The notes: generated by a model not told the origin, from the letters alone. A stretch of DNA of 64,000 nt from Eledone cirrhosa (GCA_964016885.1 OZ024753.1:37200001-37264000), one strand, 5' to 3'. Numbered from the stretch's first letter, positions 14,846 to 28,953 are shown. Numbers and translations are program-made.

Positions 14846-16019
14846 TTATTTATTAGCCACAAGGGCGCAACAAGAAAGGGGACAATACAAAGACATGCCG
14901 GGGATTTTACATACAGTCGTGTAAAAAATATAAAAGCAAACAATTTCAACAATCGAAATCCCCAATAGGGGGGAGGCGCCACAAATGGGTTGTTTAATAC
15001 CCCGTCGATAGAACAACCCTCAACTCAAGGAGCGTGTTGTGCAAGTGCTCCTTTCTTCCTTTTGCTCTCTTCCTCAACCTACAGGCTTATAAACAGAGAA
15101 GGCCCAATCACTCGGGCCATTTTCGCTTCATTCACCCACCTTTCAGTAAATTTACTGGGGTGCAGTGCCTCTCTCTCCACCCTGATTCTCCTTCTAAAGT
15201 GATACTTAAAGAATGGAATCAATTGTTGTCCGGAGAGAAAGGCATCTGTCCTCAGTCCTCTCAACCTCGTCCACCATATAACTTCTTTCACCATAGCCAC
15301 CGTACAGAGGAAAACCGCCTCTCTTTCGTTTTTGAAAGAGTCTGGCGGTTTGATCCTTACTATGGACTCGGCAGTCAACTGTATTTGTCCCATACGCGAC
15401 AGCAGTTGTTCTGCATAGTTCCACAGGTCGCTTACGCCCGGGCAGTGTACAATTGCGTGCAGAACTGTTTCAATGTCCTGCGCACATCTTGGACACGTCC
15501 TCTTGGAAGGATCCCTGCCAGGGCGTCCGTGCCTGTAGATCTTGTCACGAACCGGTAGAGCTCCTCGGTAGCACTGCCAGGCCAGGGACCTCTGGAAGTT
15601 GTCCATAGGTCCCGGGCGGAAAGTCCTACCAAACATACTGGTGAGCTCATCGTCTTCGACGCCCAGAGTCTCTCCGAGCACGTCGTCGCCCTTGTAACGT
15701 ACAATCCCTCTATAGAATGTCGAAGTGGAGTCTCCACTGATTGCTGCGCCCGCTTGCCAGAGGACTGTGAGCGCCTGAGCGCATTCAATGTGCCAGGCGC
15801 CCATCGTTTTCGGTCTTTTCTTCACCCAGGACTGCAGCTCCGTTAGCGAGACGAGCTGTGGGAAAGCCTGTCTCACAAACGGTGCCCACACCGGTTGGGG
15901 GTCGGTGAGGAATACCTGGAGATGCCGCAGCCTCAGCGCATGTTTGCGCATCATCAGCCACGGCATTCCCAGCCCTCCGTTGGAAGGGCGCTGACAGCAG
16001 ACGGATCTCCTCACCAGCG
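14846..16019 (-). mobile_element. 5'-truncated Tx1/L1-group LINE inserted in (GATA)n
   Basis: TSD gataaatagatagatagatagat at 14823-14845 and 16020-16042. 3' end reads aataaataaa. Confidence 0.85.
15079..16014 (-). CDS. Tx1-like ORF2 C-terminus (zf-RVT region)
   Basis: QRPSNGGLGMP; W...RGALPVRD; CPRC...ETVLHAIVHC..V..LW. No stops over 311 aa. Confidence 0.85.
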   Translation of the reverse strand: MRRSVCCQRPSNGGLGMPWLMMRKHALRLRHLQVFLTDPQPVWAPFVRQAFPQLVSLTELQSWVKKRPKTMGAWHIECAQALTVLWQAGAAISGDSTSTFYRGIVRYKGDDVLGETLGVEDDELTSMFGRTFRPGPMDNFQRSLAWQCYRGALPVRDKIYRHGRPGRDPSKRTCPRCAQDIETVLHAIVHCPGVSDLWNYAEQLLSRMGQIQLTAESIVRIKPPDSFKNEREAVFLCTVAMVKEVIWWTRLRGLRTDAFLSGQQLIPFFKYHFRRRIRVEREALHPSKFTERWVNEAKMARVIGPSLFISL

Positions 16020-16194
16020 GATAAATAGATAGATAGATAGATAGATAGACAGGTAGGTAAGTAGATAAATAAACATATGTAGCTGAAAGAATGAAGATGT
16101 TCCACTCGATATTATATCGGACGAGCCAAGAAATTGAAGGTGCCTAGTGTGTTAAATGTCAGACACTGCGTTGATTACATTCCATAACCACCCA

Positions 16195-16265
<71 letters not shown>

Positions 16266-16268
<3 letters not shown>

Positions 16269-16530
16269 AAAATGAGATTTTATTTTAAATGTAAAAAAAG
16301 CGAGATGTCCTACAGGAGTAAAAGTATAAGGAAAAAGGATGAAATCGAAAATGCAACTGGAGTCTTTTTAAGAATATTTATTTGTTTGCTTTACCGGTTT
16401 CACAGTTCTTATGCTTTTCAAAAGTAGAATTGAGATGGTGGGTTTTCTTATTACCGACTCTTCTATCCTAAGTATTGAGTACTCTGGTGCGTTATGGTCT
16501 ACCTGGTTCCTTACCACACTTCCTTCGTTA
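16266..16530 (-). mobile_element. Full TA-to-TA copy of a ~265-bp element with U3-A8 HHR-like motif (16389-16424)
   Basis: Homologous to 249-330, 6095-6283 and 27837-28157. Minus strand: ctt TTGAAAA gcat aagaa ctgt GAAAC cg GTA aag, then aataaa. Confidence 0.72.
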
Positions 16531-16713
16531 TATATGTATATATATACGTATATATATATGTATATATATGAATATATATATGTATGTGTATATATATATG
16601 TATATATATGAATATATATATGTATGTGTATATATATATGTATATATATGTATACATATATATGTATATATATAATATATATATATAAGTATATATTTAT
16701 ATATATATACATG

Positions 16714-16780
<67 letters not shown>

Positions 16781-17123
16781 AGGTATCATAAATCATGTCT
16801 TTAGAATTATTAGATAAAATATATACCGAAAGTGGCCTTTTCGCGGTGGCCCCAATATAGTATATTTATCCAACATTTCGACAGTTATATATATCTATAA
16901 CTTTATGTATATGTAAAACTTTATATGTATAGGTATATATATATATATGTGTATAGGTATATATATATATATATATAGGTATATAGGTATATATTTATAT
17001 ATATATATATATAGGTATATAGGTATATATATATATATATATATATATAGGTATATAGGTATATATATATATAGGTATATAGGTATATATATATATATGT
17101 ATAGGTATATATATATGTATAGG

Positions 17124-17162
<39 letters not shown>

Positions 17163-17181
17163 AGGTATATATATATATGTT

Positions 17182-17214
<33 letters not shown>

Positions 17215-17345
17215 ATGTATATATATGTATGTGTATATATGTGTATATATATGTATGTGTATATATGTGTATATATGTGTATATATATGTATGTGTATAT
17301 ATATATGTATGTGTATATATGTATATATATGTATGTATATATATA

Positions 17346-17377
<32 letters not shown>

Positions 17378-17419
17378 ATATAACTTTAGGCTGATATCCT
17401 TTAATATATCGTTTAACTA

Positions 17420-17476
<57 letters not shown>

Positions 17477-17980
17477 CGACTAAAAGGTTATGGGTTAGTG
17501 ATGCTAGCGATGTGAAATCTTGCATGTATTAATTTCAAATTTTCTTATCAATAACTACAATTAATATTTTACTCTGTAATTGCTTTAGTTTCAACACACG
17601 GTCTCACATCAAGTCACACACATACTATACATGAAAATAGACATGACTACATCTAACATAACATCGTCATTTTTGGTAATTGTTCCTGAATACAAACATT
17701 GCACGGTTATGTTTTTATTTGAATTTAACATACTTATCGTTCAAATTGATGTTCAATGTTATTTAGCGAGAGAACTGAGTTTTAAATAAAACGCATAGCA
17801 TGGGTGCGTCAATAAGATAAGGTTAGAGTAAGGCGTGGGTTTACTGATAAAATATATAGATCTATCTGTGTATATATATATATAAATAAATGTGTGTATG
17901 CTTGTATATATGTATATATATATGAGTAATGACTACTTGAGCTCTGTATTCTCTGTATGTATATATATATATATATATAT

Positions 17981-18063
17981 ATTACACACATGCATACATT
18001 TATATTTGGGTGTGTATATGCTCTCATACACATATATAGATGCACATATACCTACATACATAC

Positions 18064-18157
<94 letters not shown>

Positions 18158-18235
18158 TACACACATGCATACATTTATATTTGGGTGTGTATATGCTCTC
18201 ACACACACATATAGATGCACATATACATACATACA
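17981..18235. repeat. ~70-bp direct duplication separated by (TA)n
   Basis: attacacacatgcatacatttatatttgggtgtgtatatgctctc at 17981 and 18156. Confidence 0.85.
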
Positions 18236-18570
18236 TACATACATACATACATACATACATACATACATACATACATACACACACATTCTGTAAGAAGTAC
18301 ATAACGTTGTAATCTTTTAGTGAATGTGAAGACCAACCAGGATTTTAAAATATCTGTACATAACAGTGTGTTGTTTTAACACACACACACACACACAATC
18401 ACACACACACACACAATCGACAGGCAAAAATGTGAGGCTACGGAACTGGCTTTGAAACCTTGTGGTTCTGGGTTTTAGTGTGCTTGTTGCGTGGCATCTT
18501 GGTCAAGTGTTTAGGGCTGAAATTAGCACGCGTATCCTTAAAGTAGTGCTCATAGAGATTCAGCTTGAAA

Positions 18571-19167
18571 GAGCTCGGGTGATCATCCTCGGACGGAGCT
18601 GGGGTGACCTTGGTCGGACGGAGCTCGGGTGACCTTGGTCGGATGGAGCTGGGGTGACCTTGATCGGACGGAGCTGGGGCGACCTTGGTCCGACGGAGCT
18701 GGGGTGACCTTGATCGGACGGAGATCGGGCGACCTTGGTCCGACGGAGCTGGGGTGACCTTGATCGGACGGAGATCGGGCGACCTTGGTCCGACGGAGCT
18801 GGGGCGACCTTGGTCCAACGGAGCTGGGGTGACCTTGGTCGGACGGAGCTGGGGTAACCTTGGTCGTATGGAGCTCGGGTGACCTTGGTCGGACGGAGCT
18901 CGGGTGACCTTGGTCGGGTGGAGCTGGGGTGACCTTGATCGGACGGAGCTCAGGTGACCTTGGTCGGATGGAGCTGGGGTGACCTTGATCGGACGGAGCT
19001 CGGGTGACCTTGGTCGGATGGAGCTGGGGTGACCTTGATCGGACGGAGCTGGGGCGACCTTGGTCCGACGGAGCTGGGGTGACCTTGGTCGGACGGAGCT
19101 GGGGTAACCTTGGTCGTATGGAGCTCGGGTGACCTTGGTCGGACGGAGTTCGGGTAACCTTGGTCGG
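18571..19167. repeat. GC-rich 25-bp minisatellite (ggacggagctggggtgaccttggtc), about 24 units
   Basis: Exact 25-bp periodicity with point variants. Confidence 0.97.
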
Positions 19168-19442
19168 AGAACCTGCCAGATCAATTGTGTCAGAGCTCGA
19201 CTGGCGCTGCTTGTAGATCTAAAAGGATCAATTAGAGACGGTTACATCTGACAGAACCTGCTGGAAGGTGTGTCTGAAGACATACCTTCGCCAGGACGAC
19301 CCACTACCCACAGCATCTCAATCCTGAACCGAACACCCTGACCACTTGATAAGTATCTTATCGTAATACGGTCGCAATATAATTTTTCCCGTCAAAGAAT
19401 TGTAATAGAACACTATTTCCCCTCGTTCCATAGTTGTTGGGA

Positions 19443-19475
<33 letters not shown>

Positions 19476-19492
19476 TAGTAGTAGTAGTGGTA

Positions 19493-19547
<55 letters not shown>

Positions 19548-19582
19548 TAGTAGTAGTAGTAGTAGTGGTAGTGGTGGTGGTA
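19443..19582. repeat. (TAG)n/(TGG) microsatellite
   Basis: Direct reading. Confidence 0.95.
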
Positions 19583-20429
19583 GAGATTGCGGTGGTGGTT
19601 GTTATTTCCTCTGCAGCTCATTAGAGGGCTTATCATATAGTTTTATCATATTAAGAAACTTCTGTAAATTCTGTTTTTTATATTTTCATTAACAAATATC
19701 GCACATACATACATACATACATAAAGACGTGTGCACACACACATACACACATCTACATGCATACACACACTTCATATATTTGTATTAATATATATATATA
19801 TATATATGCACAAATATATGTATATATATATATATATATATACACGTACATACATATATACATACATATATACACACATGTACATCATACAATACTTACA
19901 GAAAAAAGGAGAGGTACATACATATATACATACGAACACATATGTATATGCAGACATACATATATATGTGTGTGTGTGTTTGTGTTTGTGCGTGTGTGTG
20001 TGTATGGGTGTATACAGTCCTAACAAACATACATACACACATACACACATACATACACATACATACACATATACATACATATACATACATACACGTAAGT
20101 ACAACGACCAGTATAGAGATAATCTATAGACTATAGGTTTCTTTTTCTATAACAATTAACTATTTTAGTCAAACTAAGATAAGACCACTCCGTATTTACT
20201 TATACATGTTATGACTTATTGTGGTGCAGACCTAATACGACAGTTTCTGGAGGAAGGGGCAATGCCCATGCCGTTTGCAGGCTTTCTGAAGCTGATGAAG
20301 TTGATGCTGCTGTTGGTGTTTATATGTGTCTGCCATTTACATATTTTTAGCTACCTTTTCATTGACATGTCCAGTATGTATGTTTGTATGTATGTATGTA
20401 CATACATAGGAGTATATATGCGTGGGGAC

Positions 20430-20760
20430 ATAGAAATAATCGGGCTGGATACTCGATCGCGCGGTTAAACCACTTGGAGTGAAAGACCCCTAGCCTTTGT
20501 TAGGGCATTCTTCTAGGAGAAGGCAACTCAGGAAACTGGGATAACTCCGACACAAAACCTGAGGCTCAGTAGTTACCGTTGATGTTGATCTTTTCTTCTT
20601 TTCGAGTTATAGCTACTGTCGTTCAGAGAGTGGGATTGGCTCAGTGCACAGTCTTTTCTCACTTTAAAAAAAGATTTTACGCACAGGCATTGCATGATAT
20701 CATTAATTGATAATGTTATATCGTGCAATGGCCATACTTGATAACGAGGGGGCAGCCATC
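20430..20760 (+). mobile_element. Non-autonomous retroelement with RTE-5'UTR-like motif and (ATGT)n tail
   Basis: ctaggagaaggcaactc motif; ends gggggcagccatc(atgt)n. Second copy at 31303-31552. Confidence 0.7.
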
Positions 20761-21047
20761 ATGTATGTATGTATGTATGTATGTATGCATGTATGCATGT
20801 ATGTATGTATGTGTGTATGTATGTATGTATGTATGCATGCATGTATGAATGTATGTGTGTATGTATGTATGTATGTATGTATGCATGCATGCATGCATGC
20901 ATGTATGTATGTATGTATGTATGCATGCATGCATGCATGCATGCATGCATGCATGTATGTATGTATGTATGTATGTATGTATGTATGCGTGCGTGCGTGT
21001 GTGTGTGTGTGTGTATGTATGTATGCATGCATGCATGCATGCATGCA

Positions 21048-21085
<38 letters not shown>

Positions 21086-21403
21086 CGTGCGTGCGTGTAT
21101 GTATGTATGTATGTGTGCGTGCGTGCGTGCGTATGTATGTATGTGTGTGTGTATGTATGTATGTATGTATGTATGTATGCATGCATGCATGCATGCATGC
21201 ATGCATGCATGTATGTATGTATGTATGTATGTATGCATGCATGCATGCATGTATGTGTGTATGCATGCATGCATGTATGCATGTATGCATGTATGTATGT
21301 ATGTATGTATGTATGCATGCATGCATGTATGTATGTATGTATGTATGTATGTGTGTATGTATGTATGTGTGTATGTATGTATGTATGTATGTGTGTATGT
21401 ATG
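20761..21403. repeat. (ATGT)n/(ATGC)n/(GT)n compound microsatellite
   Basis: Direct reading. Confidence 0.96.
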
Positions 21404-22046
21404 GACCCATAACTTCTGAGGGAGTCGTAAAGGGCGCCTATTGGTATACAGCTTATCTAGGGCTTTAAAAAAAACCCTGTTGGAGCCCATCTCAACTCCA
21501 AGTCTGAAGACACCAGATTTCTTCCAGAGAAAGATAGAAAGTGAGTGAATCGAAGTGAGAAAGAAGTATAGAAGAAGAATCGACCCCAGTATTAGACTGG
21601 TACTTTATTTATCGACCACGAATGGATGAAAGGTCAAACATTCTGTACGGCGTTTTAACGATTCTGCCTTTCGATGTCCAGTACATTTTCTCTGTTTGAT
21701 ATTTACTACGCCTTAATAGTTGAGTTGCTGTAGACAGGTTTTAGGGGTGCTATTTCTAGCGTTATTTCAAACCTGTCATATTGCTCTGGAAATTCTAAAT
21801 GCCCAAGGTCCACCGTATGGTCCGACGGCGCCTGGGGTTCTCTATCAGATATTATGGACCCTTTATCTATAGTATTAACCTATTGGAAAGTTCAATGCCT
21901 ACTATAGTGACTATTATACGTATCGCGGCCATGATTATATAACCCGAAGAACTTTACGGTGCAGGTTATGTAATAATTGCTTATCCCATATAAATGAACA
22001 CACAGACATTTATATATTTATGCCCACATAGACACATGTATACATA

Positions 22047-22162
<116 letters not shown>

Positions 22163-22311
22163 GATGTCTAACAGAACTTATTCAAACATTGGGTATCGTT
22201 GTGTGGGTTGCAAATGTGAATAGTTTGCTTTGTCGATAGTTGTACACAGGAAGAACCCTAAGACTGTCTTCGTCTTAAACCTCATAGGCATACGCAAATA
22301 CACACACACTC

Positions 22312-22343
<32 letters not shown>

Positions 22344-23376
22344 ACACATATATATATGTGTGTGTGTTTGTGTGAGAGAGATAGAGTATTTGTGCATCTG
22401 TAGATGTGTGGATATGAGTGTGTGGATATTATATTTACAGTGAACTGAACGCAGAATGAGTCGTGCATGAATTACACGGAAGTAAATAAGAAAAGAACGA
22501 TTGTACAAAACAATCAATGATTTAATATATAAATATAATGGACAGAATGAGTTATCTTCTCTTTCTCCCTCTCTCACCCCTTCCTCCCTCTCTCTACCCT
22601 CTATACTTTCAATATAGAGCCGAGAACGTGCGTACAAACACACATTGCCTTCATTGATAAGTTTACAGTCACAAATAAATGACAACAACATACAAGAATG
22701 AACAAACAATCCTACAGCTATAAAAAGCTGTACACACACTGAACTATACTCACAGAGTTAATATGGTTACATAAATGTTATGACTAGCTGTTTTAATTAT
22801 ATATAGGGATTGTAACGTCCAGATTCTTTGCTTAAACTTTAATCTGTTATTTAAATAAATATTTGCTCTATGGTTCTTATATATTTGATATATATTTATC
22901 CTTATCCATAAGTCTTATCTTTAGTCTTCACATTTATTATTATTATTATTATTATATATATATAGAGAGAGAGAGAGAAATCGAACTCATGACCTCACAC
23001 AGTCGTAAGCTCAGCGCTGTAACCTTTAAGGCACTTGACTAGGGCTCACCATCAAGAACAACACTATCGTCATAGGTGAAATACTTGAAGTTTAGCGTTC
23101 AGTTGTTCATGCCTATTTTGTTGGTTTAATTACAAATCTGCTCGCTCGGTCAGTGAATCTCGAGAGATATATTTTTCTGCTTGAGATCCTTCTTAATCGT
23201 CACCATTCTGCCGGGTTAAGACAATGTGGGAGAAGACTTCTTGGCAATGGCCAAGACCAGCCAGGCGACACTAACGGAATGTAACCGGAGCCGACGACGA
23301 AGGAACCTCTGTATGGTATGGCTGCTCATAAATTGCAAGAAATAGGAGACATTACTCACACGCAAACTCATACGTT

Positions 23377-23490
23377 TCTTCTTCTTCTTCTTCTTCTTCT
23401 TCTTCTTCTTCTTTTTTCTTCTTCTTCTTCTTCTTCTTCTTCTTCTTCTTCTTCTTCTTCTTCTTCTTCTTCTTCTTCTTCTTCTTCTTC
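23377..23490. repeat. (CTT)n microsatellite
   Basis: Direct reading. Confidence 0.97.
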
Positions 23491-23789
23491 ACCATCATCG
23501 CCCACTTATTGCAGGTCCTCTCGGTAACAATTGTCACCAAATGGTCCACGTTTAGAGTGACAACCCAAAGACTGGTTGCACCAGTGACATGATTTTGACT
23601 GATTGGTTGTTCAAACTATACTGTATGTAGTCAACAGCGCACTCCCTTTTTCACACACACCACACTCAACCACATACAAACATACACTTGCACACACACA
23701 CACATATACAAACAACTACCCCATCTTCACACAGACACACACATATGCACAGACACAGACACACACACACACCACACGCACCCACACAC

Positions 23790-24020
23790 AGAAGCTCACA
23801 CATTCACATTTCACTCATACACACACAGAGAAGCCAACACATTCACACTTCACTCATCTACACACACACACACTGAAGCCAACACATTCACACTTCACTC
23901 ATCTAACACACACACACACTGAAGCCAACACATTCACACTTCACTCATCTAACACACATACACACACACGCACGCACGCACGCACACAGAAGCCAACACA
24001 TTCACACTTCACTCATCCAC
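23790..24020. repeat. Five copies of gaagccaacacattcacacttcactcat separated by CA runs
   Basis: Copies at about 23791, 23830, 23875, 23921 and 23989. Confidence 0.88.
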
Positions 24021-24637
24021 AAAAACCTGATTTATCATGTTTTTTCATTTTGCTTTAATGATTCCTGTATTTGTTAAATCGTCTTTTTTATATTTCTTAT
24101 ATAGACTGTCAGAGAGGGTTTTCGGATCCTTTTTAGGGGTTTTTGGGGTTGTTTATTTTTTTTGTTCCTTTTTTTCTTCTCCGTGGAAAGTTTCATGGTA
24201 GTTTTACAACATAAAACACCACATTCCTGCAGGTGTAGCTCTACCGATTGTGATGATATGTGTATGATGAGTTGTATACGTCAATGTTGTTTATTAGTTA
24301 AATACCATAGAGGTGGGTGGAGACCCTAATATATTTTATGGGACCTTTTTCTCTTAAAAAAGACACGATAACATGACAAGGATTTCGATGGAACCTTGTC
24401 CTGTCCATGTGGTGGTACATTGACTTGCCAGAAATAACAGTCATATTCCCCATGTATTCGATGAAATGTATGTATGTAAGCATTGTCCCGTAATTCCTGA
24501 GGAAGTCGTTGGGCGTCGTACCACGTTTGTTATTAGGGCAATTTTACCTTTCCTCTAGGCCTGAGTACAGCAGATTTCTTCCATAGAAGGATAGAGAGTG
24601 AGAGAATGGATGTGAAAAAGGCATACTAGAGGAAGAA

Positions 24638-25085
24638 TCGTCCCCAGTATTAGACTGGTACTTTCTTATCGACGACGAATAGATGAAAGGCAAAGTTCCC
24701 CTCGATTGGATTTGAACTCTGAACGGGAACTCTGAACTGGGAACGGATGCTACAAAGCACTCTGTCCGACATTCTAACGACTCTGCAAAGCCACCGCTTA
24801 TGAGATGTATATGTGACACCGAGGTGTGTTGCTACTATTGTATTATCTGAGGCCTCTTCTCTTCTCTATTTCCTAAAAGCTTCTAAAGGAACGTTGCTTA
24901 TTGATTAGGATGTTCGACTTACGATCGAAATGCCATGGGTTCGATTCTTCGGCTGAGTGGTAGTTTGTGTTATTGAGCAAACCACTTCGCTTCATGTTGT
25001 TCCAGTTCACTCAACTCTAAATGAGTACCAGTAGCATCTAGGGGGTTAACACTGCGATGGACTGGAGTTTTCTTCATGGGTGAGT
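24638..25085. mobile_element. Two diverged SINEs (minus 24638-24797; plus 24886-25085)
   Basis: Degenerate tRNA boxes and shared SINE cores. Confidence 0.65.
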
Positions 25086-26676
25086 CTTGAACTTCCAGTC
25101 AAAAACACTTCATTTCACGTCCACACAGACGCGATAATATGAGCAGGGTTTCAAAGAGATCTCACTCTCTCTACGTGTTCAATCGACTTGCGAAAAATAG
25201 CAGCCAAATCTTCTGCAAATTAAATCCTTAATGTAGTGTTTTTTTTTTGTTTTCGTTTTAAAAAAGGTGGGGTGAGAAGAACACATTACATAATGTATAC
25301 CGTGAACCACTTTGTTTAATGTTGTCAGTAATACATTGTGCCTATGTCTGATAAAGCACACACACACTCAAAGGCAGTATGGTCACGGCTGGAATGTATT
25401 TTGATCATAGATTTACTTGATCAAAATTTACCAAGGGCTAAACAACAATAAAAATCTGAAACGAAAGCTATGATTGTATTTCTTAAGAGAAACATGCCAC
25501 ACCCTGATTTGTTACCACCATGCTTCAGTCAGACAAAGAACTTTAATAGCATTGGAAATATTAGAAGAGCGAGTGGGAAGGAGTTGTGACTGATTGGCAG
25601 AATCAGTAGAGCGTCGGATATTTGCGGTTATTTGGTTACATTTCATTATGTGCTAAGTTCAAATCTTGCTGAGATCAGCTTCGCTTTTTATTCTTCGGGA
25701 GATGGTTAAAATAAAGTCCCGGCCAAGCTTTAGGAAGGCGTGTGTCCTAGTTATGAATGTGTTGGGCTTGCCGGCTGGTGCTCTGAGTCCTTAAGAAAAA
25801 ACATTTCATTTCACGTTGAAGATGAGTATTAACAATAACTGGGAGTTGGCCATAAGACACACTAATGCCTTCTCCTTGTACTTTCACTCTCTTAATACAA
25901 ATGAAACCGGGATAAGCTGCGAATAATATTGAAACACTCGTCATCGCAAACGACGGAGGTCCAATATAACCGTCTGTGAAACTCTCAACTAGTTACATGT
26001 TTCATAAGCTGGATGACCAATTCATCGAACAAACGAATGCTCATCGTTAAAACCGACGGAGGATCATTGAATAGTAACCAGAGTGGGCAAAATATATACC
26101 ACTTATTTATGCGTTAATTTCCACTTAGTTTCCTGTTCTACAAACAAATCATTATCGCTCTTATCAGTTTTTCTGTCAGAACAAGTGAAGTGAAATGCTT
26201 TAATTGTTTTTAATGTGGTTGTTTAACCCCAGGTCGTCTCTGATTGACCATACTTATGATCAGATGTATTCCAAGCGAAAACATTCCGTCTTATTTTTAA
26301 TTTTAATTTTTTTTTTTATTGCTTTGTTCTTTTGTTTCTCGGGGCATAACTTAATGCGGCCATTTTTTAAGGGCTAAGAGAGGTAGGACAGGATTTGATG
26401 GGGGTTTATCTGCTATTTCTACAATGTTAAGCAATCTGGCTGTGGCTCCTTCCTTAGGGCATGAAAGAGTTTAGTAGTCTCTGTACATTACAACCCAGTC
26501 GTGTCTTCGGGAGAATGGACAATATCTTATTTATTCAATCAAGGTGAATCCTTCATTTCAAGTCAAGCTAGGAATGCTCAGAGATTTAGCCACACAATAC
26601 CATGTAAACATTTTATAAAGCATGCATGTATGTATGTATATATATATATATAGTTGTATATATATATATATATAGT

Positions 26677-26753
<77 letters not shown>

Positions 26754-26840
26754 GTATATATATATATAGTTGTATATATATATATATATGTATATATATG
26801 TATATATATATGTATATATGTATATATATATATATATAGT

Positions 26841-26915
<75 letters not shown>

Positions 26916-26928
26916 GTATATTGTAATA

Positions 26929-27048
26929 TTATTCTGATGAAATGACAGTAAATAATAACATTGAAATATTGAATGTCTGCATAACTAAAAGTTTGTAGAT
27001 AGCAGTTGTTTTAGGTTATGTAACTGTTATAGAAACACGTGTCAATAA
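26929..27048 (+). ncRNA. Type I hammerhead ribozyme with long stem II, within TA-flanked island 26920-27198
   Basis: ttatt CTGATGA a[atgacagt...actgttat]a GAAAC acgt GTC aataa. Fully canonical core, GUC site, palindromic stem III, and an internal hairpin gcataactaaaa/ttttaggttatgt. Confidence 0.78.
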
Positions 27049-27224
27049 ATTCCTTTCAACTAAACTGTATCCATTCAAATCTTTCTATTTTTCTCCGGAT
27101 TACTTTTGGAACTACAACTGGAACCGTCGAGCAAACTCTACGTGAGCTGATAATCTACTGTGTGTAATATTTATATTACAACACAACGGAAAATACTGTA
27201 TATATATATATATATATATATAGT

Positions 27225-27277
<53 letters not shown>

Positions 27278-27434
27278 GTATATATATAGTTGTATATATA
27301 TATATATATATAGATATATATATAGTTGTATATATATATATAGATATATATATAGTTGTATATATATATATATATATATATATAGATATATATATAGTTG
27401 TATATATATATATATATATAGATATATATATAGT

Positions 27435-27581
<147 letters not shown>

Positions 27582-27585
27582 GTAT

Positions 27586-27798
27586 ATAATTGTATGGTTA
27601 CATGAAAAATGCGTCCGTAGGCGGTATGCCGGTTCAGCACTCGAGATCATATACCAAGCATATCTGACGACCTTTCGGTTACAGAGTCAGGTTCGATCTA
27701 TAATAGGTCTTGCCTCGAGCTGATCGATATTGAAACATATGTAAAATGTCATTAAATATGTTATGATGCAACACTGAATCCTTGTTCCTTATCCTTAT

Positions 27799-27800
<2 letters not shown>
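27586..27800 (+). mobile_element. TA-flanked ~215-bp element with HHR (27658-27749)
   Basis: gcatat CTGACGA ...61 nt... GAAAC atat GTA aaatgt. Homologous to 30543-30787 (shared cagagtcaggttcgatc, gcctcgagctg, gcgtccgta.gcggta.gcc). Confidence 0.72.
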
Positions 27801-27836
<36 letters not shown>

Positions 27837-27840
<4 letters not shown>

Positions 27841-28157
27841 GTGCGTTATGGTCCACCTGGTTCCTTATTGAGTACTTTGGTGCGTTATGGTCCACCTGGT
27901 TCCTTATTGAGTACTTTGGTGCGTTATGGTCCACCTGGTTCCTTATTGAGTACTTTGGTGCGTTATGGTCCACCTGGTTCCTTATTGAGTACTTTGGTGC
28001 GTTATGGTCCACCTGGTTCCTTATTGAGTACTTTGGTGCGTTATGGTCCACCTGGTTCCTTATTGAGTACTTTGGTGCGTTATGGTCCACCTGGTTCCTT
28101 ATTGAGTACTTTGGTGCGTTATGGTCCACCTGGTTCCTTACCACATTTCCTTCGTTA
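27837..28157 (-). repeat. Perfect 39-bp tandem array (7 full plus 1 partial unit) derived from the terminus of the 16266-16530 family
   Basis: Unit tttggtgcgttatggtccacctggttccttattgagtac. The last unit runs into the element end ccacatttccttcgtta(TA)n. Confidence 0.95.
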
Positions 28158-28371
28158 TATATATATATATATATATATTAGTTCTTTCGTTGTTTTGGTA
28201 TTGTAGGGTTGGGTTTTGCCTGCCGCAATTTTCAATTTGTCAAGCTATTTAAACGTATGTTATTACTCTAAGGACCTACCCTTATTGGATGCTTTGTTAC
28301 TCATTCCCTATTGTAAGTCGACTTTGCTTGGCCACAGCAAAAGCTTCGATTTTACTAAGCTTCGACTTGTG

Positions 28372-28466
<95 letters not shown>

Positions 28467-28816
28467 AGGGCGAGTGCACAAACACTATAATTAAGATAAT
28501 ATGTAGGGTATTTTTGAATTCTAAACAAATTACTTTACTGAATAACCCACAGTTTATTATGGCTCTTAATATCTTCTTCTACATAACTCTTCTATATATT
28601 CAGACTTGTTTCATGTTCTCCTAATAACACCGTACTAAATGTTTTACATACCACATAGATGTTTCCAGAAACCAACAGCAATCGTTTAGCTTTTAAAGAT
28701 AAAAGAATAACTAAAGATTTCTCACCCAAAAAAAATCAACAAAATGTTAACGCAATGTTTTAAACTTGATAACTTGATAGTTCTATTTTGGAAACGATAG
28801 CACACTATCTTTCTAC

Positions 28817-28928
<112 letters not shown>

Positions 28929-28953
28929 GTTCCTCTGCCACCCCGTCTCACTC

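Noticed and set aside
18438-19184. Pro/Ser/Arg-rich protein
   Set aside because: The 25-bp unit is not a multiple of three. Openness follows from composition.
27837-28140. CRISPR array
   Set aside because: Units are contiguous with no unique spacers, there are no cas genes, the context is eukaryotic, and the unit derives from a local repeat family.
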